Origin: Callorhinchus milii
Taxonomy: Eukaryota
DNA length: 64,000 nucleotides
Direction of reading: 5' to 3'
NCBI RefSeq assembly: GCF_018977255.1
Contig: NW_024704742.1
Location: 26,476,001-26,540,000 of the forward strand
This document shows, one piece after another, positions 12,256 to 24,312 of the stretch. Below the pieces are notes generated by a model, which was not told the origin of the DNA, ran no database searches, and saw only the letters and a list, made by a program, of their open reading frames with translations. A program made the position numbers and the translations under genes. Numbering within the stretch: position 1 is the first letter of the stretch; every line of letters starts with the position of its first letter.

Positions 12256-14439
12256 TTGACTTACAAAGACACAATCAATGCACTTTATCCAAACCTCTTG
12301 TGACATGCTTTGATACCCATCAATGTGAAAAGGCACCATGTCAAATGCAAAGATTATTATTTTTGTTATTGGTATTATTATATCATGCACAACCTATACA
12401 GTTTACTCCCTCATTTTCTGTAACTGTGCATTTACTCTCCTTTGAGTAAAGTTATGGGCAATATCTCTTGTCCCTGGGGTAACATTGCAGTCAGTCAGGG
12501 TCATTTAATATGAATTCAAATATTCCTGGAGTTGATGTCATGGAGTTTTCCTCTGATTATTTATAATGAAGAAAGTTAATGAAATAGACCATGGAAAGTG
12601 ATTTACGCACAAGCTGCTACAGAATAACAACCCGTTTTCCCCAACTGGTCACCTTCTCCAGATGGTACTTCTGTTTTACTGCACTCTTGGCAGCAAAACT
12701 GCATTCAAACAATTAACTGCTAATCCTTCAGTGCAAATGTAGCATGTCTCCTCGTACCACGCAGCGCCGCCTGGGTATGATAATAGGTACAGCAGCCCCT
12801 CCAGGGCTCAACACCTGCTTCCCTGTAATTAAATCTTGGGAGATCACAGGAGTACCTTGACCTGATTCCATTTGGCCTTCAACTCTGACAGCCTTGGCTA
12901 CCAACTAGAGGCAGATTGTATTTTGCTTGTTCGCCACTATGTGCTGGGCCACTTTTCACTTTTTGTGAAAAGTATCTCTTACCAAATAATTGCAAATACT
13001 GTAATTTTAACCCTTAAATGGACATTGATGCTTGCGGCTGATCTGCAGTGGAAAGTGCAGTAAAAATCAGGTTTAGCCACACAGAATGCTGTTAAGGCCT
13101 GGCTGCTTAAGGCCAACTTTCGTGTGTGGTGTTGGCAGCATATTAATTTGTATCAACCCTTTGGGACATCCTTTCCTTGGGATGTGAAAGGCACTATATA
13201 AATAAGAACATAAAAATTTGCTGGGCGAAAGACAACCAAGTTCCATCCAGTTCACCTTCCACCATGCTGGCAGTCGCTTGCACATGTCATGTCCCAACTT
13301 ATGTATTGTATCCTGAGATATTATTTCCTATAAGAACATAAGATTCCCTCTGAGGACATAAATGTAATTTGTTGTTGTTGTATCCCTGCTGTACAAATGA
13401 GTCTGGGACACAGTCATTCAGGCTTCACTTTACAAAAGGAGGGACTGCTCATTGTTCATGGCTATTGGAAGAAATATGCTCAATAAGTCAACTGGCCATG
13501 TCTGGCTGCTTTTAAAAGATCACAGCCTCTGTCTGTTCTTCGAGCAGACACTGTACACAGAATCACACTGTTCCTTTAGCACTAGTAAGAAAGATGCGCT
13601 TATTCATTAAAAAAAGTCACAGAATAACAAAGTCCCTAAGGTGAGTCATCAATTTTAGAGTGAATTCACAAGGGGTGAATTCAAGTTAGCTCAAGCGATC
13701 TCAAACAGAAGGCAATGTGCTCACATGTCATCCTCTATTGACGTTTGAGCTGACCTCCCACAGGGCAAATCTTCACCAGTTTTCAATTTACACATAAGAA
13801 AGAACTGTCCATCGAGTGTGTGTGTGTACATATATATATATATACTATATGTATATAGATGTGTGTGTGTGGTGTGATTTGTGTGTGGGTGTGGATAGGT
13901 GGGGGGTATATAAAGAATTGACTATACCAGTCCCATGTCTCAAAACCCTTCTGTCTTCACACCCTTCTGGTCCAACAATGACACTACTTTTGACACAACC
14001 ATCCGGACTGAGAAACCAGGAATACAGAGCATCCAAAAGAGAAAAACGACTCAAATATGAATAAAATATAACTAAATCACTGCCCTGTTTTTGTTGTATC
14101 CTCCCACCAATTAATGCTGAGTAGCAAAGTAGCAAAAAGGTACAGTAATGCAAGCAGTCTGTCAGCGTTATTAAGTTTCAGAATTCACCTAAAAGCTTTC
14201 TATCCACCTTTGCGCTTCTCTCTATCAGAATGATTGCACTCCTCGGTCTGATTGAGAGGGCGCTGGTGATTGCTGCTTGGCTTGGCTTCCAGTTATGGGG
14301 AATAATCATCAATAATTGGTGGTTGCTTCACTGCTCTCCTGACTTGCATTAACTCTTCCTATAATAGGACATTATCTTCAGGTTGGGTTTGAGAGCGGTC
14401 CCCCTGTTATTGCCATAATCTAAAAATGTAAAATACTTC

Positions 14440-14760
14440 CATCAGTCGTTGAGTGGGTAATGAGAGGGCATAAATGTACGATCACCACCCAAAACAACAC
14501 AGGGAAAGAATAGAAACACTGTAGACCGGAGGCTTTTTTGGACGTAGAATCCCCAACCAAAAACAATGATCGGGGCAGAATGTATAATGCTCTAACGAAG
14601 GAATTGGATGAATATTTTAAAAAGAAAAATGGTATAAAACAGTATGGAAAAAGGGTAGGGGAGTGGACCTAACAGGACAGCTGTTTCAGGGACATAGTAC
14701 GCACATGCTTGATGGGTTTAAAGGGCTCCTCTGTGCTGTAGAATTCTATAATTTGCTTCT
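14440..14760 (+). mobile_element. Highly degenerate CR1-clade LINE 3' fragment
   Basis: agagggcataaat...aaggaattggatgaatattttaaa...tatggaaaaagggtaggggagtgg...gatgggtttaaagggctcctctgtgctgta follows the layout of CR1 3' ends. Confidence 0.55.
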
Positions 14761-14829
14761 GTCTTATTAGGTTGCCATTACCATCGATGGGAACTCCTGC
14801 AGCATTTTTTCACGTACGTTGTGCGTTCC

Positions 14830-14975
14830 TCCAGAGAAAGCGCGCATTCCATTCCAGACACGGGGACATTAACGTGTGAAGGTGGCGTACACGTGTGGAA
14901 CTCTCATTCTGGTCTGATTACTCCTAAACATGGTGATGGGATTCCACATGTTAGACCCGGCTGACCAAAAAAAAG
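14830..14975 (-). repeat. Unclassified dispersed repeat (family U1), copy 2
   Basis: Reverse complement ttttggtcagccgggtctaacatgtggaatcccatcacc...agaatgagagttcca aligns with 26934-27030. Confidence 0.7.
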
Positions 14976-15360
14976 TGAACTCGAGAGGCTAATTACTCCA
15001 CACAGACGGTGAGGTGGCAAAAGTAAATGGAGGAAGAAACTACTTTCCTAAGAAAAAGATGCAGAATAGACAGAACCGGGTATGACAAGAAAAGAAGTAA
15101 AGGTAAAGTGAAACAAATAAAAAGGATAAAACAGGAGCAGCAAAACAGAATAAAAAATATTTTCAACATACTTATCTTAGTTGTGTAAAATTAGTGTTAT
15201 CCTAATATATTATTTGTTACAGACAAACTTCCCAGAAATTACACGGACAACCACTGGTGATGGTCATTTCTGATTATTTGGTCGTAAAATTTGTTTGGAT
15301 TCTGATTGCTTCCTTCAGACACTGAATGAGTTTGTACGTTTGCTACAACTATTCCAATGT

Positions 15361-15752
15361 CTGGCTGGCTCAGTTGGTAGCACTTTCACATCTGAGCCAA
15401 AGTTTGTGGGTTAAAGCCCCACGTCGGGGACTTTGAACTCACAGCGTAGAATGACACTCGAATGCAGTCGGAGGTGCTGTCCTTCAGATTAGACATTAAA
15501 GGATATGAAGTCCCATCTGCCTATTCAGGTGGATGTTAAAGGTCCCATGGCACTGTTCGAAAGAGAAGGGAGTTTCTACTGGAGTCTTGGCCAAATATCT
15601 CCAAAATAAAATTGGCCGTTCATTTTATGGCTGTTTGTGAGACATTGCTGTGTGCAAATTGGCTGTTATGTTCACCTACAATTCTGTGAAAGCGCTTTGA
15701 GACATCGAAACGACAACGTGATAAGGTGATATAACAAATGTAAGTATTATTA
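15361..15752 (+). mobile_element. DeuSINE-like SINE (SacSINE1/AmnSINE1-type core), near full length
   Basis: tRNA-like head tggctcagttggtagcact...gtgggttaaagcccc. Deu-like core ggaggtgctgtccttcagat...caggtggatgttaaaggtcccatggcactg...; L2-type tail. Confidence 0.82.
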
Positions 15753-16094
15753 TTCATTACAACGCTCCGTGTATTTTATTTTATTAAGAGGCAAAACAAA
15801 AAAGCAGCAGTGCAAACTGAATCATAGATTAATGTAGGCTTGAGGGCATTTTGTTCAGATCTAAATTTAGCTATCTCCTGGCTAACAGGTTAATGGCTTT
15901 CAGAGAAGAGACTTTCATCTCATCAATCCAGACTAAATAAGAGTCTGGGTCCTAAAGTTAAAATGATGGTGCGTTTAACTTGCAACACCATCAAACAAAC
16001 TGGGGTAAAAGTTCTGATATGAATTAAAGCATCCCTTAAATTGGGGACCCTCTCCTGGTTACAATACAGTTTAGAGTTATGCAATGCCTTTCTC

Positions 16095-16560
16095 CTCAGG
16101 AGGACATCCCAAAGTTAATAATGTTGGATGGATGTGGAAGGTGAGGGGAAAGATGAACAAAAATCCGGCAAAGAGATAGGTCTCAAGTTAGACCTTGAAC
16201 AAGGTGAGGCAGGAAGTGAGCTGGAAGGACCCCGGGTAGGGTGTTCCAGACAGTGGAGGCAGAATGGCTGAAAGCCTGATCGCTGATGATGGTGAGGGTA
16301 GGGTGGGGGACATGAAACATGCTGGGCTTTCAGGGTATTTGCCCCCACTCTCTGGAACTCCATCCAGGAGGTCCTTTAAATCATCCCATTCCTTGCCTCC
16401 TCCAAAGTCCGCCTCAACACCTTCCTCTTCGACTCCACTTTTGCCCATCTTTCCCCCACTCACTGCCCTGACCCACCGACCCCCCGCTCAGGTGCAAATC
16501 CTGGAATGTCCAGGACATCGGAACATCCAGAGTGAAAGGCACTATATAAATGAAAATATG
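16095..16560. mobile_element. Two old L2 3' fragments in opposite orientation
   Basis: 16095-16320 is purine-rich with a tail remnant ggaggacatcccaaag (minus). 16325-16560 is pyrimidine-rich and ends gtgaaaggcactatataaatg (plus). Confidence 0.55.
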
Positions 16561-16778
16561 TAGTGTGTATAAATATATATGTATCCAGTAAATCAGTAGT
16601 ATCATACAATCATACTCCTGCATCCCAAATAGTCTTCGACATCCCTCTTAAATATTTCCATTGACCAAAAATAAATCCATTGACTCAGTTGTTTGGTAGT
16701 CTATCATTCAGTATTATTGGTAAAATCTCTGTATGATTTTAAGCATTATTTCAAAGTACATCGATGGATACACTTTAG

Positions 16779-17155
16779 AGGTGTCAGCCTGGCTCCATTG
16801 ACATAACTCTCGTCTCTGAATTAGAAAGTTGTGGGTTCAAGCTCTATGTTGGGACTTTGAGCTCAGTCTGGCTGATACTCTGGCTGTGCTGCATTGCTGG
16901 AAGTGAGGTCCCTCAGATGAGACGCTAAAGGTGCCCGTTCAGGTACCATTACAAATCCCTTGGCACTATATGAAAAGAGAACAGAGTTGCTCATTGTGTT
17001 CTGACCAAACAATCCCAGATTGTTTGTGGGACATCGCTATGTGCAAATTGCCAGCTGCGTTTACCTATAAAATACACAGTAAATCCTGTGAAACACTTTG
17101 AGCTGTCCTTCTGACATGAAAGAAGCTGTAACCAATACAAGGCTGATTAGCATTA
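16779..17155 (+). mobile_element. DeuSINE-like SINE, degenerate
   Basis: Head with B box gggttcaagc, Deu-like core and tail colinear with 15361-15752. Confidence 0.78.
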
Positions 17156-17259
17156 TCAAACTGACAAATAAAGGTACTCTTTCAACTATGAAACATTATG
17201 TGGTAAATGATCATTGTTCCAAAACAGTAAAGTACAACTTTAGGCAATATTCAAGGATG

Positions 17260-19658
17260 CAAAGGCTGATAATAGTCTTTATTTTATTTGAAAACCTGAT
17301 ATTAACACACCTGATAGCCATTCTGTTTATCAGAAACATTTCACCAACGTTACATTAGAAGGTAAAAGAAGCGTTGGTTAGCTATAGACTGAAACTGCAG
17401 ACATTTTGAAAAATGCAATTCAAATCAACAACCCCCCTCTCCTGAGCAGGTTTCAAAGACTTGTCCTCAAAATAGCTTAAAGTTGAAGATAGCTCTATAT
17501 AGGCACCTGCTTCAGTTTTTTTTCTTTAAATGCTCAGTATAATTCCCCCCAATTTTATACTTAATTTGTTTAATAAATAAAAAAAATTCTAGTCTTATTC
17601 CCCAGTAAGTCAAAAAAAAATCAGTGGCAAAATCTAGTCTTCAATAAAGCGGCTGGATTAAATCAAGAGCCTAAAGACGTCCTCTATAAAGATGCAATGG
17701 ATATCTGTACATTCATCATATATTTGACAACACCGAATAAACTTCCGAGAACTTTATTGTGCTTTGTTAATCACAGCTCATTTCCAGATGACCATCTGCC
17801 AAGATACCTCTCTGGTAAATCCAGATGGAATAAAGCTCGCTAAACTCTGACTGATCGGAAATTTGGACAAAGCCACAGGCACGGAAAATAAAATAAGCAC
17901 TCCCTCACCATCACTACCACCACCACCGACCCGCTCTTAGACACGGGATTTTGAGTTACTGGGAAATGCAGCAAAAGTGAGAAAAATACAAAAGAGTCTC
18001 ATGACATTCATCAGTGCAGTCCAAAAAAAAGTGTAAGAATTAAACAGTGCTCAGCCTGTAAAGACGGTTCTACCAACCATTTACCCCATTACTAAACATT
18101 TCCATAAAACCATTAACCTTCAAAACACACAAGTACTGTATAGAACAAACAGGTGTTGTCAGTCTATTTGACAGGTCTTCCCCAAGAGGCAGAGTGTCCT
18201 CTGATAGTTCACTTAAACTGGCGTCAAAATCAAACCTATATAACATGAGTGTTCTTTATTCCTGTGCTTTATCACAAAAATCAAGTTTTATTAGCTATAT
18301 TCCAATAAAAGAGGATTACAGCTTCTCTTACAGCCTATAAAACAAAATGTAGCCTAACCTTAAAGGGCTGACTCGAAATGTGGAATAAATACGTCAGAAA
18401 TCAATGGTTTTCCGAGGGGTTAAGCAAGAATCCACCTTATCCTTGGGTTTGCATAATCAGCGGTTCAATGGGGTGGGCAGAGTGATTCAGATCTGGGAGA
18501 GAAGGCAGGCAGCATTTGATACAATCAGGAGCATTAGTCAAGTGAAGCTTGTTTATTAAAATCTTGAAAATGTTCTTTATCACAAAAAAATCATAAAACA
18601 TTTTTGCATCAGTTGTGATGGCAGTGCTGGGCCCTGGAACATTTCCTTACTGCAGCCAGTGACAGTGTCAAGAGCTCCGGAGGTCAGGCCCACCGTTGGT
18701 CAGACACAATGCAAAGCTCCCATTATTACTACTTGTACTCCGACAAGCTGCCTTAAACCTAATCCCATTGCTCACCACTCCACAAACCACCCTGATCTTT
18801 AAGACTTCTTTGAGTGACACTGCCAAGTGAATACCAATTGTGCCAAATTAGAGAGGGATTTGTTTTTGTTTTGTTGCTTATACGTGCACTGCAGAAACCA
18901 GGAAGCAAATGCTCAAACTCGCTTATTGCAAACCAGACCCCCTCACGGGAAGGAAAAGATGGATTCACATTTTGTCCATTAGCTGGATTGAAGCCCAGTT
19001 ACAAGAGCGTAATGTAAAACCCATCCACCCAACCCCCCTTACCCTCCTTCCAATCCCTGGAACAGCCACATCCTGACAGATGTTGCCAGGTTTGATTTGA
19101 GACACATTTCGAAATAGAAACAGTACCACCCACACCTCAGGTGCCTGTCGAGAAGCTGCTTAACTGTACTGTGAGACCAACCAAATCCAATCCATTGCAA
19201 AGACTTTTTAAAAATAAACACAATCAGGAATGAATCGGTAGTCCGAGCTCCACATTAGCTGTTCTTTTTTTTATATATAAAAATCGCCATGTGTAAATTC
19301 AGGACATCTCACATGAAAAGTTTTAGACGACGCACGGAGTAAACATTTAAATGCCTGGGCCACGACACTGGGCTGAGCGGAGAAGAGCTTCAACACTGTA
19401 GGGCGGTGTTCATACCTGCTCTCGTCTGTCCACCCTGGAGTGACGGTCTCAGCCCCCCGGTGAGTGACCAAAAATCAATGGTTACTGACAGTGATACACG
19501 CTAATGAGAAACCACACTCCACAATTCCACTAAGAGATGAATACAACCTTGTGAAGATCACTTGGCAGACAGGTCGCAAAGACCTGTCAACAACAACCCC
19601 CCAAAAAAAACAAAAAAACAAAAGGCTGGTTTATAACCAACTCAGGGTATTTATAAAC
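17260..19658 (-). other. PPP2R2C: Probable PPP2R2C 3' UTR
   Basis: Essentially repeat-free ~2.4 kb after the stop. Minus-strand AATAAA (tttatt) at 18552, 18287, 18255, 17753 and a tandem pair at 17278-17288. Confidence 0.55.
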
Positions 19659-19950
19659 TTAGTGCATCTCCGAGTTCACTTTATCCTGAAATATGTAGAG
19701 ATTGTTTGTGGCGGCCACAGCTATTATGTTCTCTGTCGGGTGCCAGGCCGTGTGCAGGATCTTCTTGTTAAAGTCTAAACTGTCAACACTAATTTCGTCT
19801 TTTCTCCTCTTGCCTCCTGTGCACACTTTGCGTGGTTTGAGGATGGCCCGTGGTTTGCTGTTCTCCCTGGAAGCTTCCAACGTGACGTCCCGTTTCGTGT
19901 TGCGATCAAACATCCTGAAGAAGTTGTTGTAGGCGCCGGTCATAATTACA
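19659..19950 (-). CDS. PPP2R2C: PP2A B55-gamma terminal coding exon
   Basis: Acceptor ccttgtccgcag|; (S)[43 protein letters not shown]...[31 protein letters not shown]. The C-terminal DKVNSxMH and the position beside WFS1 indicate the gamma paralogue. Confidence 0.96.
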
Positions 19951-21329
19951 CTGCGGACAAGGGGAGACACACAAACTTCAGTCAGGGCAGCACAGACACT
20001 TCAAAACGTCAGTTCCGCACAAATCAACCTCAATTACGAATACTTTAAGGAATGCACATTCGTCAAAGCACAGATAGTAGCAACAAGAAATATAGAGTGA
20101 AAGGATATTGCAGTATTATAATATATTGGTCGTTTTGATATGTCCCTGTTTAACAACCTGTTTCACAATCAGAGGCGATGTAATTATATCCAAATGACAT
20201 AGGTACTTTCACTTGAGGCATCTGTGAAAACTGAGAGGTGCCAGCATTTTGGTTCATGTTCAACCATCACAGATCCTGGAAGTCGTCTTAAGCCCAGACA
20301 GAATTTGGGGAAACGAAGATAGAGCAACGTTTCCTCACTTTGAAATGACGAGAATACAATCAATCAATACAATTCGGAAGCAGAGAAATTTGTCTACCAA
20401 GTAGTCTCATATTGTCGATGCTCGGCTATTAAATTGGATTTAAATTTTGTAGTCTAGAAATGTGCACGTACATAAACTCATACATACATAAATATAAATA
20501 CACACACACATGCACTCATGTATATACATGTGCACAGTTGCTCATGCGCACACTCAAACACTCACATGTACATACACACACAAAATTGGGTGGGTATTCA
20601 TCCGAACCAATCCTGTGATAACTATGAACATCCTAAACTCTTAAAAGTTATTTACATTGTGGTAAAGCGCGCTAGCATTTTACATGCAATAACAATTTTT
20701 CTAAATAAATTTTGTTCAATGTAAAAATGCCACAAGTCCTTATCCATTTATACCCCACATAGGTTTGTATTTCCTACACCTCCCTGGATCAAGCCACAAA
20801 CAAAGGTTGTGACAGTTTTAACTTGTAGAAAAGGCATTCCCAGTACACGGAGTCAGCTCTAAGGAACCAAGTGTACTAGTGTCCTAGGCTGAAGAGGAAA
20901 ATGACACCTGCTAAGCAGATGGCAGTGCTGCTCTTGTTTGAGAAGTAGACTTATTTGTCATCGCATGGTTAAACATTTCCACTCGACATAAATCTGAAAC
21001 GAAACAGTATCCTTCAATCAATGCACATAAATATTTTCAGTATTTTGAAAAATGTCTCATTAAAACTTTATTTTTAAATGCTGAGATTAATATCCATATT
21101 GATAGCTTAGAAAAAACATTTCATCACCAATAAGCACTCCTGCCCCTTAAATCAATATGTTTGTTTTAAAATTCATTGTATTGCCACTCCTTCTTCCTTG
21201 GGTCACATAACAAGAGAGAATGGTTTCACAGGTTAGGCAACTCCCAGTACTTCACCCAATAGGGCATTCTTCATGTGTGATCAGTCTGGATAGTGAGTCT
21301 TGGCAGATTAGTTAACTACAGGAAGCATG

Positions 21330-21508
21330 TAAGGGTATCAAGGGATATTGGGCAAGGGCGGATTATTGGGGCAAGGGTAGGTAATTGGGGCAAGGGCGGT
21401 TAACTGCTGCAAGAGTGGGTAATTGGTGCTGAGGTACAAATCAGCCATGATCTTACAGAATGGTGGAACAGGCTCGAGGGACTGAATGGCCTACTCCTGT
21501 TTCTATGA
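21330..21508 (+). mobile_element. CR1-clade LINE 3' end with internal ~19-bp minisatellite
   Basis: Ends cagccatgatct...gaatggtggaacaggctcgaggggactgaatggcctactcctg as at 38340-38405 and 51900-51960. Confidence 0.8.
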
Positions 21509-22009
21509 CTGTTTGTGGGACATTGCTGTGCTCAAATTGGCTGACAAATTCCCCAATAAAAATACATAGTCACTGCACTGTACAGTAAACAGTATCCTGT
21601 GAAGCACTTTGAGACATTCTTCCGGACTTGAAAAGCGCCATATCAAACTAATGGATTATTATTAATAGCATTGCAGTCTAGCTTGGTCGTGTTCCCCAGT
21701 GTTCACTTGCAGAATATAAGTACAAGATTTAAAGCAGCGCTTCACAATCCAAAATAACACAACTCATCAGAACTGCATTCATCAACAAAGCAACTCTAAA
21801 CCTGCTACACATTATACCCTGTTAATAATAAAAAGTTGAGGTGCGATTTCAATTAGAAACAATCCCCCAAATCCTATTTAGCAAAGAGCGAGACACAACA
21901 ACAAATTACATTAGACAGAGAAAGAGAAACAAAATGAGAGACAAAAATAAATAAAAGAGTGAAAAAGAAAGAAAAAAAAGGAGAGAAAGAAAACTTCAGA
22001 TAGGAGAGT

Positions 22010-22690
22010 GAGTGAGATGGGATGAAGGTGTTTTAGATGCATTTCGAAACAGAGGAGGTGAGGCAGAGCCATTTAGAGAGTGGGGCAAAGTGTCTGAAAG
22101 TTCATCAACTGGGCCGGGGTGGGTGGGGACATGAAGCACATGGAACGGAGCGAGTAAGACCACAAGAGATGGCAGAGGTGGGGTGCATCACTCAATTCCA
22201 TGATCACCTCACCCCCAAGCAGCTGAAACTCTAATCCATGCCTTTGTTACTTCCAGACATACCTCTTTGACCACACTTTCAGTCATCTTTGTCGTGTGTG
22301 AGAGGATGTGGGCTGTGGAGTTCTGGATGATCTGGAGCTTGTGGAGAATGAAACCAGGAAGGTGGGAGACCGGCAGGGCATTGATGAAGTCAAGTATACG
22401 AAACAATTTACATTTATACAGTGCCTTTCACATCAAGAGGACATCTCAAAGCCATTGACACTGCTGACTGGGCATCCAAGCTGGAGGTGGGGAGGGGAAA
22501 GATGACTGAAAGTGCAGTCAAAGAGGGACGTCTTGAGGTAACAAAGGTGTGGATGAGAGTTTCGGCTGTGTTTGGGGGTGAGGTGATCATGGAAGTGAGC
22601 GACAGAAATGGAGGAAAGCAGGTTTAGTCAGAGCCCAAATGAAAGGTTTGAAGGAGAGTTGAAGGTTGAACAAAACACCAAGGCTCCCTG
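22010..22690 (-). mobile_element. Rearranged old L2 LINE fragments
   Basis: Minus-strand peptide LPGFILHKLQIIQNSTAHILSHT matches the L2 ORF2 C-terminus ([18 protein letters not shown]). Also contains AETLIHAFVTSR-type remnants and a tail at 22400-22450. Confidence 0.8.
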
Positions 22691-23729
22691 CACAACAACC
22701 AATCGGCATCCGAGAACAGGCATTTTAAGCTTAAATTCGATTCTGAAGCAAAGCCTTTTCCAAAAAGAAAACAAATACCTTAACATAAATGAATGAATAA
22801 TCTGTGCACACCTTATGCCAGGAGAGCAAGTGGAGCTCAGAGGGATATTCACTTGCCTTATCCAGCTGCCGAGAAACTATTTTGGGCTACAAACCATGGC
22901 AGAATTAGTGTAATATATTGGTTGGATCTGCCTTCCTTCCCTGTAATCGTCTTCTATATTTAACACAGACCTAATTGTGTGCACTTTTAACTTGGTGATA
23001 AATAAGCTGCCGTGCCGGGCTCCATGGTTCTCTCCCACTGCAAAGCTACCCGATTAGTCTCAGTTAACTCCCATCGAGAGCCAGGTGACAAATGTGTCAC
23101 ACGTGCGTCCAATATAAATCATTTCCTTGGGTCTGTGATCAGTCTGTTGATTACAATTAGAGTATATCAATCACAGTCTAAACACCACAGCAGTGACCGT
23201 ATTTAATAAGGATCCTTTTGCTCTTAATATAATACTTACAAGTATTTATGCACCAATAATATTTCACCACCCACATATTTTTTAAATATATGTTTTTTTT
23301 TCTTCCCCTCGTTGACCTTCCTCTCACCCTCTCCCCTCCCCACCATCCTGCAAAACCCGCTAATGTCCATCTCAGATCACCTCATCTCATCCTTCTGTGA
23401 AAAGCTTCTGTACCCACTATTGTGACTGTATACAGCACTCATTACTTAAGCCTAATAATAATTAATAATAATTCAAAGTACAGGGTTTATTATGACACGA
23501 TTAAGGAGGAGCCTTAAGGCTACTAAGTTCACCTACAAATACATAGTCACTACAACTCTGCAGAAACTTTGTGAAGCGCTTTGAGATGTTTAACGCTATA
23601 GGTACCACATCAAATTGCAAGATCACAAGAAAGAAAAAAAGGCCCTTTGACCCATTTGATTTCATTCTTTCAGAATAGCCACCGTAACGTTCTCCCATCA
23701 CAGCGTCAAGCAGTTCCATGAATAAGTCT

Positions 23730-24110
23730 AGTGTTCTGGCCACAACCACATTCCAGGTAACCTGTTCCAGTCATTAATTACTTTCTAGGTAAAAATACTC
23801 TTCCTGGTGTGTCCTGAAATCGCCCTTTGCAACCTGTGCCCTTATTCTAATACCTGGGGTATTTGAAAGTATTGTTCTGAGTTTACTTTCTCAATCCCTT
23901 GGGGAATCTTATATACTTCGATGAGACCGCACTCTAAGATAACCCTTTTCAATGCGGAAGAGTTTTAAATTGTCTAATTGTTGCTCATACATCGTTCCTT
24001 GAATACTATGGCTCATCCTTGTGGCACTACCTCTTGGACCAAGGCAGCCTCCTTATATGGTAGTGACCAGAATTGCATGCAGGACCACAGGGATTGCCTA
24101 ACCAAGCAGT
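23730..24110 (-). mobile_element. Degenerate CR1-clade LINE fragment
   Basis: gaccagaattgcatgcag...ctaaccaag and cttatatacttcgatgag are reverse complements of LVRPxLEYCVQFWS and LIEVYKI-type motifs. Homologous to 45820-46040. Confidence 0.65.
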
Positions 24111-24220
24111 GAGGATGACCTCTGCAGGGATCAGTGTTAAAGTTGCATTCACACCTCACAAATTCTACAATGTGATGGAGAGGGCAGCTGAGGAGCTTGA
24201 GTGGGTAGTGTCGGGTTTAC

Positions 24221-24312
24221 CTGTCTGAGCCATTCCACGCACATTCAAATTTGTCAAAGATGCAGTCATTCTCATAAAGAGAACAAAGTTTGCTCCGGAG
24301 GTAATCATGAAC
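24221..24312 (-). CDS. PPP2R2C: PP2A B55-gamma coding exon (92 bp, penultimate)
   Basis: ttttattacag|[30 protein letters not shown](S)|gtaaac; phase 0 to 2. Not listed in the correct frame in the ORF track. Confidence 0.97.
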
